Shown here piece after piece: positions 19,514 to 29,077 of a DNA stretch of 64,000 nucleotides. Location of the stretch: positions 11,467 through 75,466 of the forward strand of contig JACKFI010000006.1 in NCBI GenBank assembly GCA_020632555.1, read 5' to 3'. The translations under genes and the position numbers were made by a program. Positions within the stretch are counted from its first letter, which is position 1; each line of letters starts with the position of its first letter. This DNA is from Candidatus Omnitrophota bacterium (GTDB taxonomy: Bacteria > Omnitrophota > Gorgyraeia > Zapsychrales > JANLHA01). Under the pieces are notes generated by a model. The model was not told the origin of the DNA, made no database searches, and saw only the letters and a list, made by a program, of their open reading frames with translations.

Positions 19514-21361
19514 TTAAAAGAGAATATCCGTTTCAAGCCAAGCATATTTTTCTTGCATCAACTGATGGCTGACTTGAACATGTTGACGGTCATGATTATG
19601 GGCATTGCGGTTAAAATTTGCTTCAATGCGTCGACGGGCATCACGACAAAAAAGATCAGCTAATTCAACAGCATTGGCTTTATTATGATTTAACGCGACC
19701 GCATATGAACAACTTGACGCAATCGCAAAAAGATCAGTCCCAATATCAACCAAACGACCAAGAATTCCTTGCTTGGCCTCAAGTTTTTGCTGATACTTCA
19801 ACATCGCAAAAAACATCACCCGCGCCAAGCGCTGACTGGCTCGCCGCGCATACAAAATATGATCGCGTAAAACCGGCGGCAAATTTCCCAAATCATGACT
19901 GCTTACTGGCAAATACAATTTGAACAACCACAATGGATAATATTTCGCCGCCGACAGAAAAGCCTTTAATTTCTGCGCTAAACTTGTTCTTGTGCTTAAC
20001 AAAACTTTGACACGACTCAAATGCGGGTCTAAAGCCTCCCGAATAATAAACAATCTCATAATTTCTGAAGTTCCTTCAATAATCCGATTAATACGCAAAT
20101 CACGCAAAACCCTCTCCACCGGCCACGACTTCATCCCTCGAGCTTTTAATGATGCCTCTGTTTCATACCCTTGTCCTCCCCGAATCTGCAAAGTTTCATC
20201 CGCCACTATCCAAGCCTGTTCCGTTGAAAAATACTTTGCAATGGCTGCTTCCAATCGGATATCTTTATTTTTATCATCCGCCATGGCAGCCGTTAAACCA
20301 CTGATTGACTCAACAGCAAACGTATGTGCCGCAATATAACCCAGCTTTAAAGCCACACTTTCATGTTCACCTATCGCACTGCCCCATTGTTTACGCTCAA
20401 CCGACCATTGACGAGCCACTTGCATACACCATTTCATCGCCCCAGCAGAAGCTGCTGGCAGAGTCAATCGTCCGGTATTTAAGGTCATCAAAGCAATTTT
20501 TAAGCCTTCCCCTTCCCCAACCACGATATTTTCGCGAGGAACTTTAACATTGGTAAACCGCAATAAACCATTCTGAATTCCGTGCAAACCCATAAATTGA
20601 CAACGATGCACCGTTTCAAAACCCGGCGTATTGGTTTCAACAATAAACGCCGTAATCTGTTTCTTTTCCTTACCATTTTCAATCTTCGGTGGCGTCACAG
20701 CCATAACCACCAAAACATCAGCAATCGGACCATTGGTACACCACAACTTTTCACCATTAATTAAGAAATGCTTTCCATCATCGCTAGGGGTAGCGGTTGT
20801 TGTCATATTCCGAGGATCAGAGCCAGCGCCCGGCTCAGTTAAAGCAAAAGCCGAAACTGCTCCCTGGCCAAAAAGCGGCAAATACTTTTTCTTTTGCTGC
20901 TCAGTGCCAAAAAGTTTCAATGGTTGAGGCACTCCGATCGATTGATGCGCAGACAATAATACGGCCGTCGAAGCACAATAACTGGCGACCAAATGAATCG
21001 CGCGGCCATAATTGGTTTGACTTAGTCCCAAGCCTCCATATTCCTGGGGAACTTTCATCGCAAAGGCGCCAATCTGCCCCAAGGCTTTATACGCTTGCTC
21101 AGGAATTGTTCCACTGCGGTCAACTTCTTGCGGATTAATTTCTGCGGTAAGGACTGCTTTTAACTTTTCTAAAAATTCATCACCCTTTTTCTTGTCGACA
21201 TCAGGCTGTATCGGAAATGGCGAAATCAACTTCCAATCTAATTGGCCATGAAATAACTTGAGAACAAAACTCGGGTACTTCCATTCGCTTTCACGAGCAT
21301 CTTCCGCAAATTCCAAGGATTTACGCTTTTCCTCGCTGATATCCTTAGAAAACATACTCAT
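19514..21361 (-). CDS. long-form acyl-CoA dehydrogenase family protein
   Basis: ACAD N/M/C domains (e.g. FALTEPGAGSD, WCTNG, GGQGYETE) plus a C-terminal extension. Confidence 0.8.
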   Translation of the reverse strand: MSMFSKDISEEKRKSLEFAEDARESEWKYPSFVLKLFHGQLDWKLISPFPIQPDVDKKKGDEFLEKLKAVLTAEINPQEVDRSGTIPEQAYKALGQIGAFAMKVPQEYGGLGLSQTNYGRAIHLVASYCASTAVLLSAHQSIGVPQPLKLFGTEQQKKKYLPLFGQGAVSAFALTEPGAGSDPRNMTTTATPSDDGKHFLINGEKLWCTNGPIADVLVVMAVTPPKIENGKEKKQITAFIVETNTPGFETVHRCQFMGLHGIQNGLLRFTNVKVPRENIVVGEGEGLKIALMTLNTGRLTLPAASAGAMKWCMQVARQWSVERKQWGSAIGEHESVALKLGYIAAHTFAVESISGLTAAMADDKNKDIRLEAAIAKYFSTEQAWIVADETLQIRGGQGYETEASLKARGMKSWPVERVLRDLRINRIIEGTSEIMRLFIIREALDPHLSRVKVLLSTRTSLAQKLKAFLSAAKYYPLWLFKLYLPVSSHDLGNLPPVLRDHILYARRASQRLARVMFFAMLKYQQKLEAKQGILGRLVDIGTDLFAIASSCSYAVALNHNKANAVELADLFCRDARRRIEANFNRNAHNHDRQHVQVSHQLMQEKYAWLETDILF

Positions 21362-21506
21362 GAGATATTCCTTTCTAAAAAAAGATCAATCAAATCACGC
21401 AAATGATATATTTTACTGTTAACAAACAACTTACAAGATTTCTACCTAAAGTATACGAGCTGGTCGACACAAATGCAACCTAAGCAAACGGAATTTTCAT
21501 TAGACC

Positions 21507-23579
21507 TTACACTTTTTTTGCAGCTAAAACGATACGCGCATCCACAGCATAAGACCCACTGACATTCGTTAATAAGGGATTAATGTCAATCTCTTTAACA
21601 AAAGGCGCTAATTTCTGAATGGCCAATAGTGTTTTAATAATCGATGAATGATCAGCTTTCATGCCCCTAAAACCATCTAAAATATTTTTTGATTTGATTT
21701 CACCGATTAAACATTCTGCCTGCACAGCATCAAATGGGACAATTCGAAACGCAACATCTTTCAAAGCTTCAACAAAAACCCCTCCCAAACCAAACATCAC
21801 GGCGGAACCAAATTGAGGATCTGTCGTCATCCCAACAATACACTCAATACCACTGGCCATTTGGATCAAATTAACTCCCAATAATTTGGCATGAGGTTGT
21901 TTGTTCTTAATATTAATCATCATCGCAGTAAATTTCTCACGCAATTCGGCTTTATCACGAATATTAATCGCAACGCCGCCGACATCGCTCTTATGAACTA
22001 TATCCGGCGAAGCAATCTTCATCGCCAACGGATAAAGATTCTGGACTTGAGCAACCGCAACGGCTTCTTCAACATCATTAACAAAAGCCCACTTTGGCGT
22101 AGGAACACCGCACAATTCAAGAACTTTGCGGGCTTCATGTTCCATCAAAATTTCCCGACCTTGTGCACGGACTTGCTCAAAAATTATTTTCACCTCTGTT
22201 GGAATATCTGCCAACACCACGTCAGAGATAGAACGCATTTTGATATCGCGCCACTTGTAAATGCTATTTAAAGCCGACACAGCCACATCCACCAAGCTCG
22301 ACGCTGGAATACAATTCTGATTCAAATAAACCAAAGCGTCTCTCGTCCAAACACCACCGACCATTGAAACGACCACCGGCTTATTGCGGCCAGCTTCTTC
22401 AAAACACTCTTTAACAACTTTGGCAATGTCCATCGGATCCGTTACGGCGGTTTCACAATACAAAACAATAACGGATTTGATTCGGTCTTCAGCAAACGCG
22501 ATTTTAAGTGCCTGCCGATAACCTTCCAGTCCTGCGCCACCAGTCACATCAATAGGATTTTTTGTGCTACCGAAATCCGGCATGGTCGAACGAAACTTGG
22601 CCTCTAACCACTTTGGATCATCCAAAATCTTAATACCAAACTTTTCACATTCATCAGTCGCCGCAACCCCGATTCCACCGCCATTGGTAATAATAACGGT
22701 ATCATCTCCCGTCGGTAAAGGCAGGGATAAAGCTCGCGCCCAACTAAAAGCTTCCGTAAATGTACTGGCCCGCAAAATACCCAGCTGATTAAAAACCGCA
22801 TCATAAATTCGATCTGCCCCTGACAAAGACCCCGTATGCGAAGCGGCCGCTTTTGCCCCCCGCGTAGAACGGCCAACTTTTAAGATAACAGTTGGTTTTT
22901 CAATTTTAGTTTTAAGGAATTTTTTACCATCCTTAATCCCTTCCATATATAACAAAATCACATTCACATTCTCATCCTTATTGAAATATTCAATCAAATC
23001 CTGTTCATCGATATCGGCTTTGTTGCCCACATTAATCAAAGCAGCCAAACCAATTTTTTTCATAACAGTCCACCCCATCAACCCAATCCCTAACGCGCCG
23101 CTTTGAGTGATAAAAGCAATTTTGCCCGGGAAAATATCTTTAGGCCCAAAACTCGCGTTCAAATGCGTCGGCGCATAAGCAACACCAAAAATATTCGGGC
23201 CCAACAAAGCAATGTTATGATCATCAGCAATTTTTTTAAGCTTAAGTTCTTCTGTCATATTCCCAACTTCTCCAAACCCTGATGTAACCACAGCCACTGC
23301 CTGCACCTGGCATTGAGCGCATTCTTCCATCGCGGCAACAACCAAAGGCGCCGGTATCGCAATCAAAACCAAATCGACACCCCAAGGCACTTGTGTTAAT
23401 GACGCAAAAGCCTTCCGGCCTAAAACTTCCGTCGCTTTGGGATTGATCGGGATAATCTCCCCCTGATATCCTCCTTCAATAATATTCTTAAGAATTTGGT
23501 GGCCAATCTTTTTGGGATCAGCAGACGCGCCAATGACAGCAATCCTTTGAGGCTTAAAAACAGCGTTGAGATTTTTCAT
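21507..23579 (-). CDS. ADP-forming acyl/acetyl-CoA synthetase (fused alpha-beta, NDP-forming family)
   Basis: N-terminal CoA-binding PQRIAVIGAS, the phosphohistidine-loop region (GAKAAASHTGSLSG) and a C-terminal ATP-grasp half. I prefer the start at MKNLNAV (23579) over the track start at 23600. Confidence 0.8.
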   Translation of the reverse strand: MKNLNAVFKPQRIAVIGASADPKKIGHQILKNIIEGGYQGEIIPINPKATEVLGRKAFASLTQVPWGVDLVLIAIPAPLVVAAMEECAQCQVQAVAVVTSGFGEVGNMTEELKLKKIADDHNIALLGPNIFGVAYAPTHLNASFGPKDIFPGKIAFITQSGALGIGLMGWTVMKKIGLAALINVGNKADIDEQDLIEYFNKDENVNVILLYMEGIKDGKKFLKTKIEKPTVILKVGRSTRGAKAAASHTGSLSGADRIYDAVFNQLGILRASTFTEAFSWARALSLPLPTGDDTVIITNGGGIGVAATDECEKFGIKILDDPKWLEAKFRSTMPDFGSTKNPIDVTGGAGLEGYRQALKIAFAEDRIKSVIVLYCETAVTDPMDIAKVVKECFEEAGRNKPVVVSMVGGVWTRDALVYLNQNCIPASSLVDVAVSALNSIYKWRDIKMRSISDVVLADIPTEVKIIFEQVRAQGREILMEHEARKVLELCGVPTPKWAFVNDVEEAVAVAQVQNLYPLAMKIASPDIVHKSDVGGVAINIRDKAELREKFTAMMINIKNKQPHAKLLGVNLIQMASGIECIVGMTTDPQFGSAVMFGLGGVFVEALKDVAFRIVPFDAVQAECLIGEIKSKNILDGFRGMKADHSSIIKTLLAIQKLAPFVKEIDINPLLTNVSGSYAVDARIVLAAKKV

Positions 23580-23653
23580 AAAAACCTTTCTAAAAATCAA
23601 CTTGTCTTGTTAATCGATTTATATTTTATAAAACTGATTTCAAATTATAACAG

Positions 23654-23953
23654 CTATCCCAACGATTTTGCGAATATCTCTTCAACAATTTCATTAACAT
23701 TTTCCAACGATACCCCACTGTACCATACCTGCTCAGGATAAATCATGACCGTCACACCAGCAGCACATTGGCCCAAACATTTAACTTGCGTTATTCTAAC
23801 CTGTGGGTGTAACCCCCGCTGCTTAGCTACTGCTCGCAATTGACGAAAAACTGCTTCGCCTTGCTGATCACCGCAACTGGGTTTTTCGCCTTTTCGATCA
23901 TTGACGCAAACCAAAACACATCTTGAGTATGGAATTCTTTGTTTAACAATCAT
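23654..23953 (-). CDS. thioredoxin-like [2Fe-2S] ferredoxin domain protein
   Basis: About 99 aa with the Cys pattern VLVCVNDR...PSCG...VKCLGQCAAGVTV, typical of the (2Fe-2S) ferredoxin / NuoE-like fold. Confidence 0.6.
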   Translation of the reverse strand: MIVKQRIPYSRCVLVCVNDRKGEKPSCGDQQGEAVFRQLRAVAKQRGLHPQVRITQVKCLGQCAAGVTVMIYPEQVWYSGVSLENVNEIVEEIFAKSLG

Positions 23954-25017
23954 AAATTACTTTTGGGTTTTAACAACACCAGCGTTTCAATATGTTGCGT
24001 CCGAGGAAAAAAATCAAAAGGAATCACCTTGCAAATCTCCCAATCGGCTTGCCTAAAAACTTTTAAATCTCTCATCAAAGACTCCGGATGACAGGATAAA
24101 TACAATAAGCGATCGATATTCTTTGCTGCCGCCATCGCTAATGCCACCGATAAAGCTAATCCTTGACGTGGCGGGTCAATCAAAGCGACCTGCGGGCCAG
24201 TCGATGGCTGGTTTAACAAATCCGGATAAATATCCTCCACTTTACCGGCAATAATTTCAAAATTTGTAAACCCATGATAGCTTTTATTATATTGCGCCAT
24301 TTTAGCAGAATGAATATTGTCTTCAATTAAAACAACTTTGCCGACTAAATCAGCAAAACAAATTCCAAATAAACCTACACCCCCATATAAATCATAAAAA
24401 GTTGTTTTTGCATTAAAAACGTTTAAATCTTTAATCTCTTGCATCAAAAGTGGCAAAATAGCCAAATTCGCCTGAAAGAAAGTATCCAAAGCATAAAATA
24501 TCTTTCTTCCACTAATTTGCGTCCATAAAAAATCTTTTTCTTCAAGTTTTAATGAGCGCCGTCCAATCCCGCCCCAGACAACGCGGCCATCTTCTGAAGT
24601 TTTAACAACCAAATTCGCGTTACGATATTTAGCAGGAATTTTTTCAATGGCTTGTTGTTTTAATCGGGGCAAAAAATTAGAAATTGCCGGCATGGCAATC
24701 GGGCACGAATCAACTTCAATCATCCATTTCCCATTGAGCGGCGAAAAACCCATAAATGTTCTGCCGTCACGAATCTTTAGAAATTTCATGTCCAGTCGTG
24801 AACGATAATGATACTCCGCCGGAGAAGCCACAATTGGCATCAAATGATCTGTTCCCATCATTCCTTGCGAACAAAAAAGCTCTTGCAAATATTCTTGTTT
24901 AAGCGCTAACTCGCGCTGATAAGTAATATTTTGATATTGACATCCGCCACATTGGCCAAAAACAGAACATAATGGCTGAGTTCCTTCACACTCTTGAATT
25001 TCTTGTTTAATCATCAT
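23950..25017 (-). CDS. TrmA/RlmD-family SAM-dependent RNA (uracil-5)-methyltransferase with Fe-S cysteine cluster
   Basis: N-terminal CSVFGQCGGCQYQ, the SAM motif DLYGGVGLFG and C-terminal DPPRQG. Confidence 0.75.
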   Translation of the reverse strand: MMIKQEIQECEGTQPLCSVFGQCGGCQYQNITYQRELALKQEYLQELFCSQGMMGTDHLMPIVASPAEYHYRSRLDMKFLKIRDGRTFMGFSPLNGKWMIEVDSCPIAMPAISNFLPRLKQQAIEKIPAKYRNANLVVKTSEDGRVVWGGIGRRSLKLEEKDFLWTQISGRKIFYALDTFFQANLAILPLLMQEIKDLNVFNAKTTFYDLYGGVGLFGICFADLVGKVVLIEDNIHSAKMAQYNKSYHGFTNFEIIAGKVEDIYPDLLNQPSTGPQVALIDPPRQGLALSVALAMAAAKNIDRLLYLSCHPESLMRDLKVFRQADWEICKVIPFDFFPRTQHIETLVLLKPKSNL

Positions 25018-25027
25018 TAAACGTAAA

Positions 25028-25645
25028 CTATCGATTTCTTTCAGGCTGGATAAATCTAAACGACTTAATCATTGTATTAACTTTTTTCTCGTTAATGGAA
25101 TAATCTTCTTTTAAGCCTGTAAACGTTAAAATATAAATTCTTGTCCCAACCATTGTCCAAACTGTCACATACTGGATTGGATTGGCTATCTTAGGATCAT
25201 ATCCAGAAAAAGTAAACCGATACCCTCTCTTGCCCCCCAACGTAACCGGAAAAGATTGACTGATTTCCATCTGTTCACCAAAAGTTCCAACCACTTGACT
25301 TACAATTTGCTTATTTAGAAAATCCGCTGTCATCGCCTGAGGCATATCTTTAATTGACACATTAAAATTCTCTTGAAAGACCGACAAGGAATCTTTTTTA
25401 GGTGCAATAAAAATAACAATCGCGCCATTCTTAGGATCAAGCACAGGTTTCCAATACGAAGGAAACTTGATAGAAAAACCAATTTTTTTATTCTTATATA
25501 TTGCATAAGGGGTAACTTTAATATTCGCCAATAACCCTACAATAATAATCAACAAGCCGACAATAATCATAAAACCAAAAATAAAAGACAATCGCCGACT
25601 GCGTTCCATGTTCTGCCAATTTGTTATCCATTTAAACATGACCAA
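25028..25645 (-). CDS. membrane-anchored hypothetical protein
   Basis: One N-terminal TM helix followed by a ~150-aa soluble domain. No motif recognised. Confidence 0.4.
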   Translation of the reverse strand: MVMFKWITNWQNMERSRRLSFIFGFMIIVGLLIIIVGLLANIKVTPYAIYKNKKIGFSIKFPSYWKPVLDPKNGAIVIFIAPKKDSLSVFQENFNVSIKDMPQAMTADFLNKQIVSQVVGTFGEQMEISQSFPVTLGGKRGYRFTFSGYDPKIANPIQYVTVWTMVGTRIYILTFTGLKEDYSINEKKVNTMIKSFRFIQPERNR

Positions 25646-25649
25646 CCCC

Positions 25650-27791
25650 TTAATTCTTTCCTGAATAAAAACCCGTTTTCTGCAAATGCAAATTCTTTAA
25701 ATAATCTGCCGGCGTAAACCGATCAACGCCCAAACGCTCTTTAAAGAAATTTAAAGCATCAATAATATTCGAAATACCATACTGATCAGCATAATGCAAA
25801 AGCCCCGCGTGAAACGGCGGAAATCCTGTTCCAAGAATCATTCCCACATCAATGGTACCTGGCTGATCAACAATCTTGTCCTCTAAACATCGCGCCGCTT
25901 CATTAATCATCACCAATAATAAGCGATCCCTTAATTCTTTATATTGTTGCGCCGCCACAGGCTTAATCGCACACAAAGATTCAATAACCTTATTGGGAGA
26001 ACGCCCACCGGTTCGATGCACATAAAAACCACTGCCTGATTTTTTACCCAACAGTTTTCTTTCAAAAACCTTAACAAAAATTTCTGCGGGTTTAAATCTT
26101 TCACCCAACCCTTGTTGCAAAATATATAAAACTTTAATGCCCACATCTAATCCGACCTCGTCAGACAAAGCCAATGGGCCAACCGGCATGCCAAAATCAG
26201 TCATCAATTGATCAATCACCGAGACCGGAACACCCTCTTGCAGCAAAAACCCGGCTTCATTAATATACGCCAACAAAATCCGATTAATTAAGAAGCCCGG
26301 TGAATCTTTAACCAAAATTGGAGTTTTACCCATCCGACGCACCAAAGCTAAAGCATCGGCAATGGTTTGCCAAGAAGTTTCCTTGCCAGTAATCAATTCC
26401 ACCAAAGGCATACGATGCACGGGATTAAAAAAATGAAATCCCATAAAACGACTGGGATTGTTAACGGCTTGCGCCATTTCATTAACAGATAAAGCGGAAG
26501 TATTGGTAAACAGCAAAGCATCCTTGGCAACGTTTTGGCTGCACTGTGCAAAAACTTTTTTCTTCACCTCCATATTTTCGACAACAGCTTCAATCACGCA
26601 ATCACAATCCGCAAACCCAGTATAGTCGAGCGTTGTCCCAATCTTAAGCATTTTAGCTGTTGCCTGAGAAGGCTTCATCTTTTTTCTCTGAACCATCTGA
26701 TTAAAGATTTTAGCCGCAGCCTGTAGACCTTTGGCTAAAGCATCAAAATTGATATCCTTAACGCGCACGTTCATATCATAATAACTTAAAATCTGCGCAA
26801 TCCCCCCGCCCATCACACCCGCCCCCAGAACACCACATTTCTGAATTACGCGCGGCGTTAAATCAGCACATTGCGGCGGCATCCATTTTCGATAATGCTC
26901 CGTCAAATAAAAAACTTTGATTAAATTCTTACAAACATCGCCGACAACCAAATGACCAAAAGCTTTCGCTTCCAACTCCAGCGCTTTCTCTCGTGGCGCC
27001 ATAAACGTTTCTTTCATCAATTCCAAAACTTTTAATGGCGACGGATAAAACCCCTTTGTTTTTTGACGAACATTTCGCGCAGCCTGTTCAAAAACCAAAA
27101 CATGGCCAATCGGATTATTGTCCATAAAAGATTTCAGCCCTTTACTTCGACGATGAAACAGCGCCTTTCTTTGTGCCGAATCTTTGATTTGATTGACAAA
27201 ATCGCATAATCCCTCGTCTAAATTAACTTGTGGCAATAATCGATCAATCAGTCCCATTTTAAGAGCATCCCCACCAGAAACAACTTTAGCTCCCAAAATT
27301 ATAGTCAAAGCCTGCGTAATGCCAAGCAAATGCGGCAAACGATACGTCCCGCCAAATCCAGGCAAAATACCCAGATTCACTTCCGGCAAACCAATTTTGA
27401 CTTTTTCATTAAACGTCGCGATTCGATATTTGCAAGCCAACGCCAACTCACAGCCGCCGCCCAAAGCCACTCCGTCAATCACTGCCACCGTTGGAATATT
27501 TAAATCTTCCAAATGATTAAAAATATTCTGACCATACTGCGCTTTGCGCATACCAATATCAGTTGTGTTAATCCCTTCAATTTCTTTGATGTCTGCCCCC
27601 GCAATAAAAACATCTTTTTTGCCACTGCGGATAATCAAAACTTTGACTTTCGCATCATTCTGGGCCTGCGTTACAAATGCATTGAACTGCCGCAAAACAT
27701 CAGCAGTCAAAACATTGACCTTAGCTTGGGGATCATTAAATTCAATGGTCGCCACATCCTGATCTAAGTGATAAAAGACAGCTTTTCCCAT
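25650..27791 (-). CDS. fatty-acid oxidation multifunctional protein (enoyl-CoA hydratase / 3-hydroxyacyl-CoA dehydrogenase, FadB/FadJ-like)
   Basis: Crotonase fold (FIAGADI, GGGCELALAC) and an NAD-binding HADH half (VLGAGVMGGGIA). I prefer the start at MGKAVFY (27791), which overlaps the thiolase stop as TAATG. Confidence 0.85.
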   Translation of the reverse strand: MGKAVFYHLDQDVATIEFNDPQAKVNVLTADVLRQFNAFVTQAQNDAKVKVLIIRSGKKDVFIAGADIKEIEGINTTDIGMRKAQYGQNIFNHLEDLNIPTVAVIDGVALGGGCELALACKYRIATFNEKVKIGLPEVNLGILPGFGGTYRLPHLLGITQALTIILGAKVVSGGDALKMGLIDRLLPQVNLDEGLCDFVNQIKDSAQRKALFHRRSKGLKSFMDNNPIGHVLVFEQAARNVRQKTKGFYPSPLKVLELMKETFMAPREKALELEAKAFGHLVVGDVCKNLIKVFYLTEHYRKWMPPQCADLTPRVIQKCGVLGAGVMGGGIAQILSYYDMNVRVKDINFDALAKGLQAAAKIFNQMVQRKKMKPSQATAKMLKIGTTLDYTGFADCDCVIEAVVENMEVKKKVFAQCSQNVAKDALLFTNTSALSVNEMAQAVNNPSRFMGFHFFNPVHRMPLVELITGKETSWQTIADALALVRRMGKTPILVKDSPGFLINRILLAYINEAGFLLQEGVPVSVIDQLMTDFGMPVGPLALSDEVGLDVGIKVLYILQQGLGERFKPAEIFVKVFERKLLGKKSGSGFYVHRTGGRSPNKVIESLCAIKPVAAQQYKELRDRLLLVMINEAARCLEDKIVDQPGTIDVGMILGTGFPPFHAGLLHYADQYGISNIIDALNFFKERLGVDRFTPADYLKNLHLQKTGFYSGKN

Positions 27792-29065
27792 TAACGCTCC
27801 AGTATAACGGCCGCGCCCTGACCGCCGCCGATACATAAAGAAACCAAGCCTGTTGATAATTGATTGCGATTCATATGTTTTAACATTGTCAAAATCAATC
27901 GACTGCCGGTCGCACCAACTGGATGCCCCAAGGCGATGGCGCCACCGTTGACATTAAGCAATGCTCGATCGACATTGCCCAATAATCCGCTGTATCCAAA
28001 GTCCGCAGCAAACTGATTTGACTCCATCGCTTTTAAACATGCCAAAACTTGTACCGCAAACGCTTCATTGATTTCAATGGCCTGAATATCTTTTAATGTC
28101 ATTTTGGCTTTTTTCAAAACCCGCGGAATCGCGTGCGCCGGTCCAATTCCCATACGCGCTGGTTCAACACCGACGACAGTAAAAGCCTTCAAATAACCCA
28201 ATGGTTTACAATTCAATTGCTTGGCGCGGCTTTCGGACATGACAAAAATTGCGACCGCACCATCAGTCACCTGACTGGAATTTCCCGCCGTAACCGTTCC
28301 GCTATATTTATCAAAAATCGGTTTTAATTTGGCTAAAGCTTCCCTGGTTTGCTGTTCACGCACGCCATTATCCGATTCAACTGCTGCTTTATATTTTGGG
28401 CTGGGAATTAACGGAATCATTTCTTCTTTCAAAATATCACGGGCAGCCGCGGCTTTGTGATGACTAAGCAGAGCAAAATCATCTTGCTCTTGACGGGTGA
28501 TGCCAAACTCTTTAGCCAAGACTTCCGCTGTCTGTCCCATATTTAATCCACACGACGGATCTGTCAACCCCATTTGCAAACCAATGCGCGGCGCATAATA
28601 TGAAGGGCGCAATCGCACGATAGCTTTTAACTTACTGACAAAATCTTTTGCCCGATTCAAGTCCGATAATATATCCTGCAATTGCCGAGTGAACAAAAAT
28701 GGATAATTGCTCATCGATTCGGTACCACCCGCCAAAATAAACTGAGCTTCACCACTCTGAATTTTTAACGCGGCCGTCACAACCGATTCAATACCCGAAG
28801 CACAATTGCGATTGACCGTAAAAGCCGGTGTCGTAAACGGCAAACCGCTTAAGACAGCAATGACTCGAGCAATATTGGCGGCATCCGAGGGTTGACCAAC
28901 ATTACCAAAAATCACTTCATCAATATGTTTCGCGTCCACACCACTGCGCTGCAAAAGTTCACGCACGCTATACGCTGCCAATTCCTGAGCGCTCATATCT
29001 TTAAAAGCTGAACCCATTTTACAAAAAGGTGTTCTTAACCCTGCAACAATCGCAATACGTTCCAT
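27791..29065 (-). CDS. acetyl-CoA C-acyltransferase (thiolase)
   Basis: Active-site Cys context (VNRNCASGIESV) and the C-terminal NVNGGAIALGHPVGATG...LCIGGGQG. Confidence 0.9.
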   Translation of the reverse strand: MERIAIVAGLRTPFCKMGSAFKDMSAQELAAYSVRELLQRSGVDAKHIDEVIFGNVGQPSDAANIARVIAVLSGLPFTTPAFTVNRNCASGIESVVTAALKIQSGEAQFILAGGTESMSNYPFLFTRQLQDILSDLNRAKDFVSKLKAIVRLRPSYYAPRIGLQMGLTDPSCGLNMGQTAEVLAKEFGITRQEQDDFALLSHHKAAAARDILKEEMIPLIPSPKYKAAVESDNGVREQQTREALAKLKPIFDKYSGTVTAGNSSQVTDGAVAIFVMSESRAKQLNCKPLGYLKAFTVVGVEPARMGIGPAHAIPRVLKKAKMTLKDIQAIEINEAFAVQVLACLKAMESNQFAADFGYSGLLGNVDRALLNVNGGAIALGHPVGATGSRLILTMLKHMNRNQLSTGLVSLCIGGGQGAAVILER

Positions 29066-29077
29066 AATTTTCCTTTT

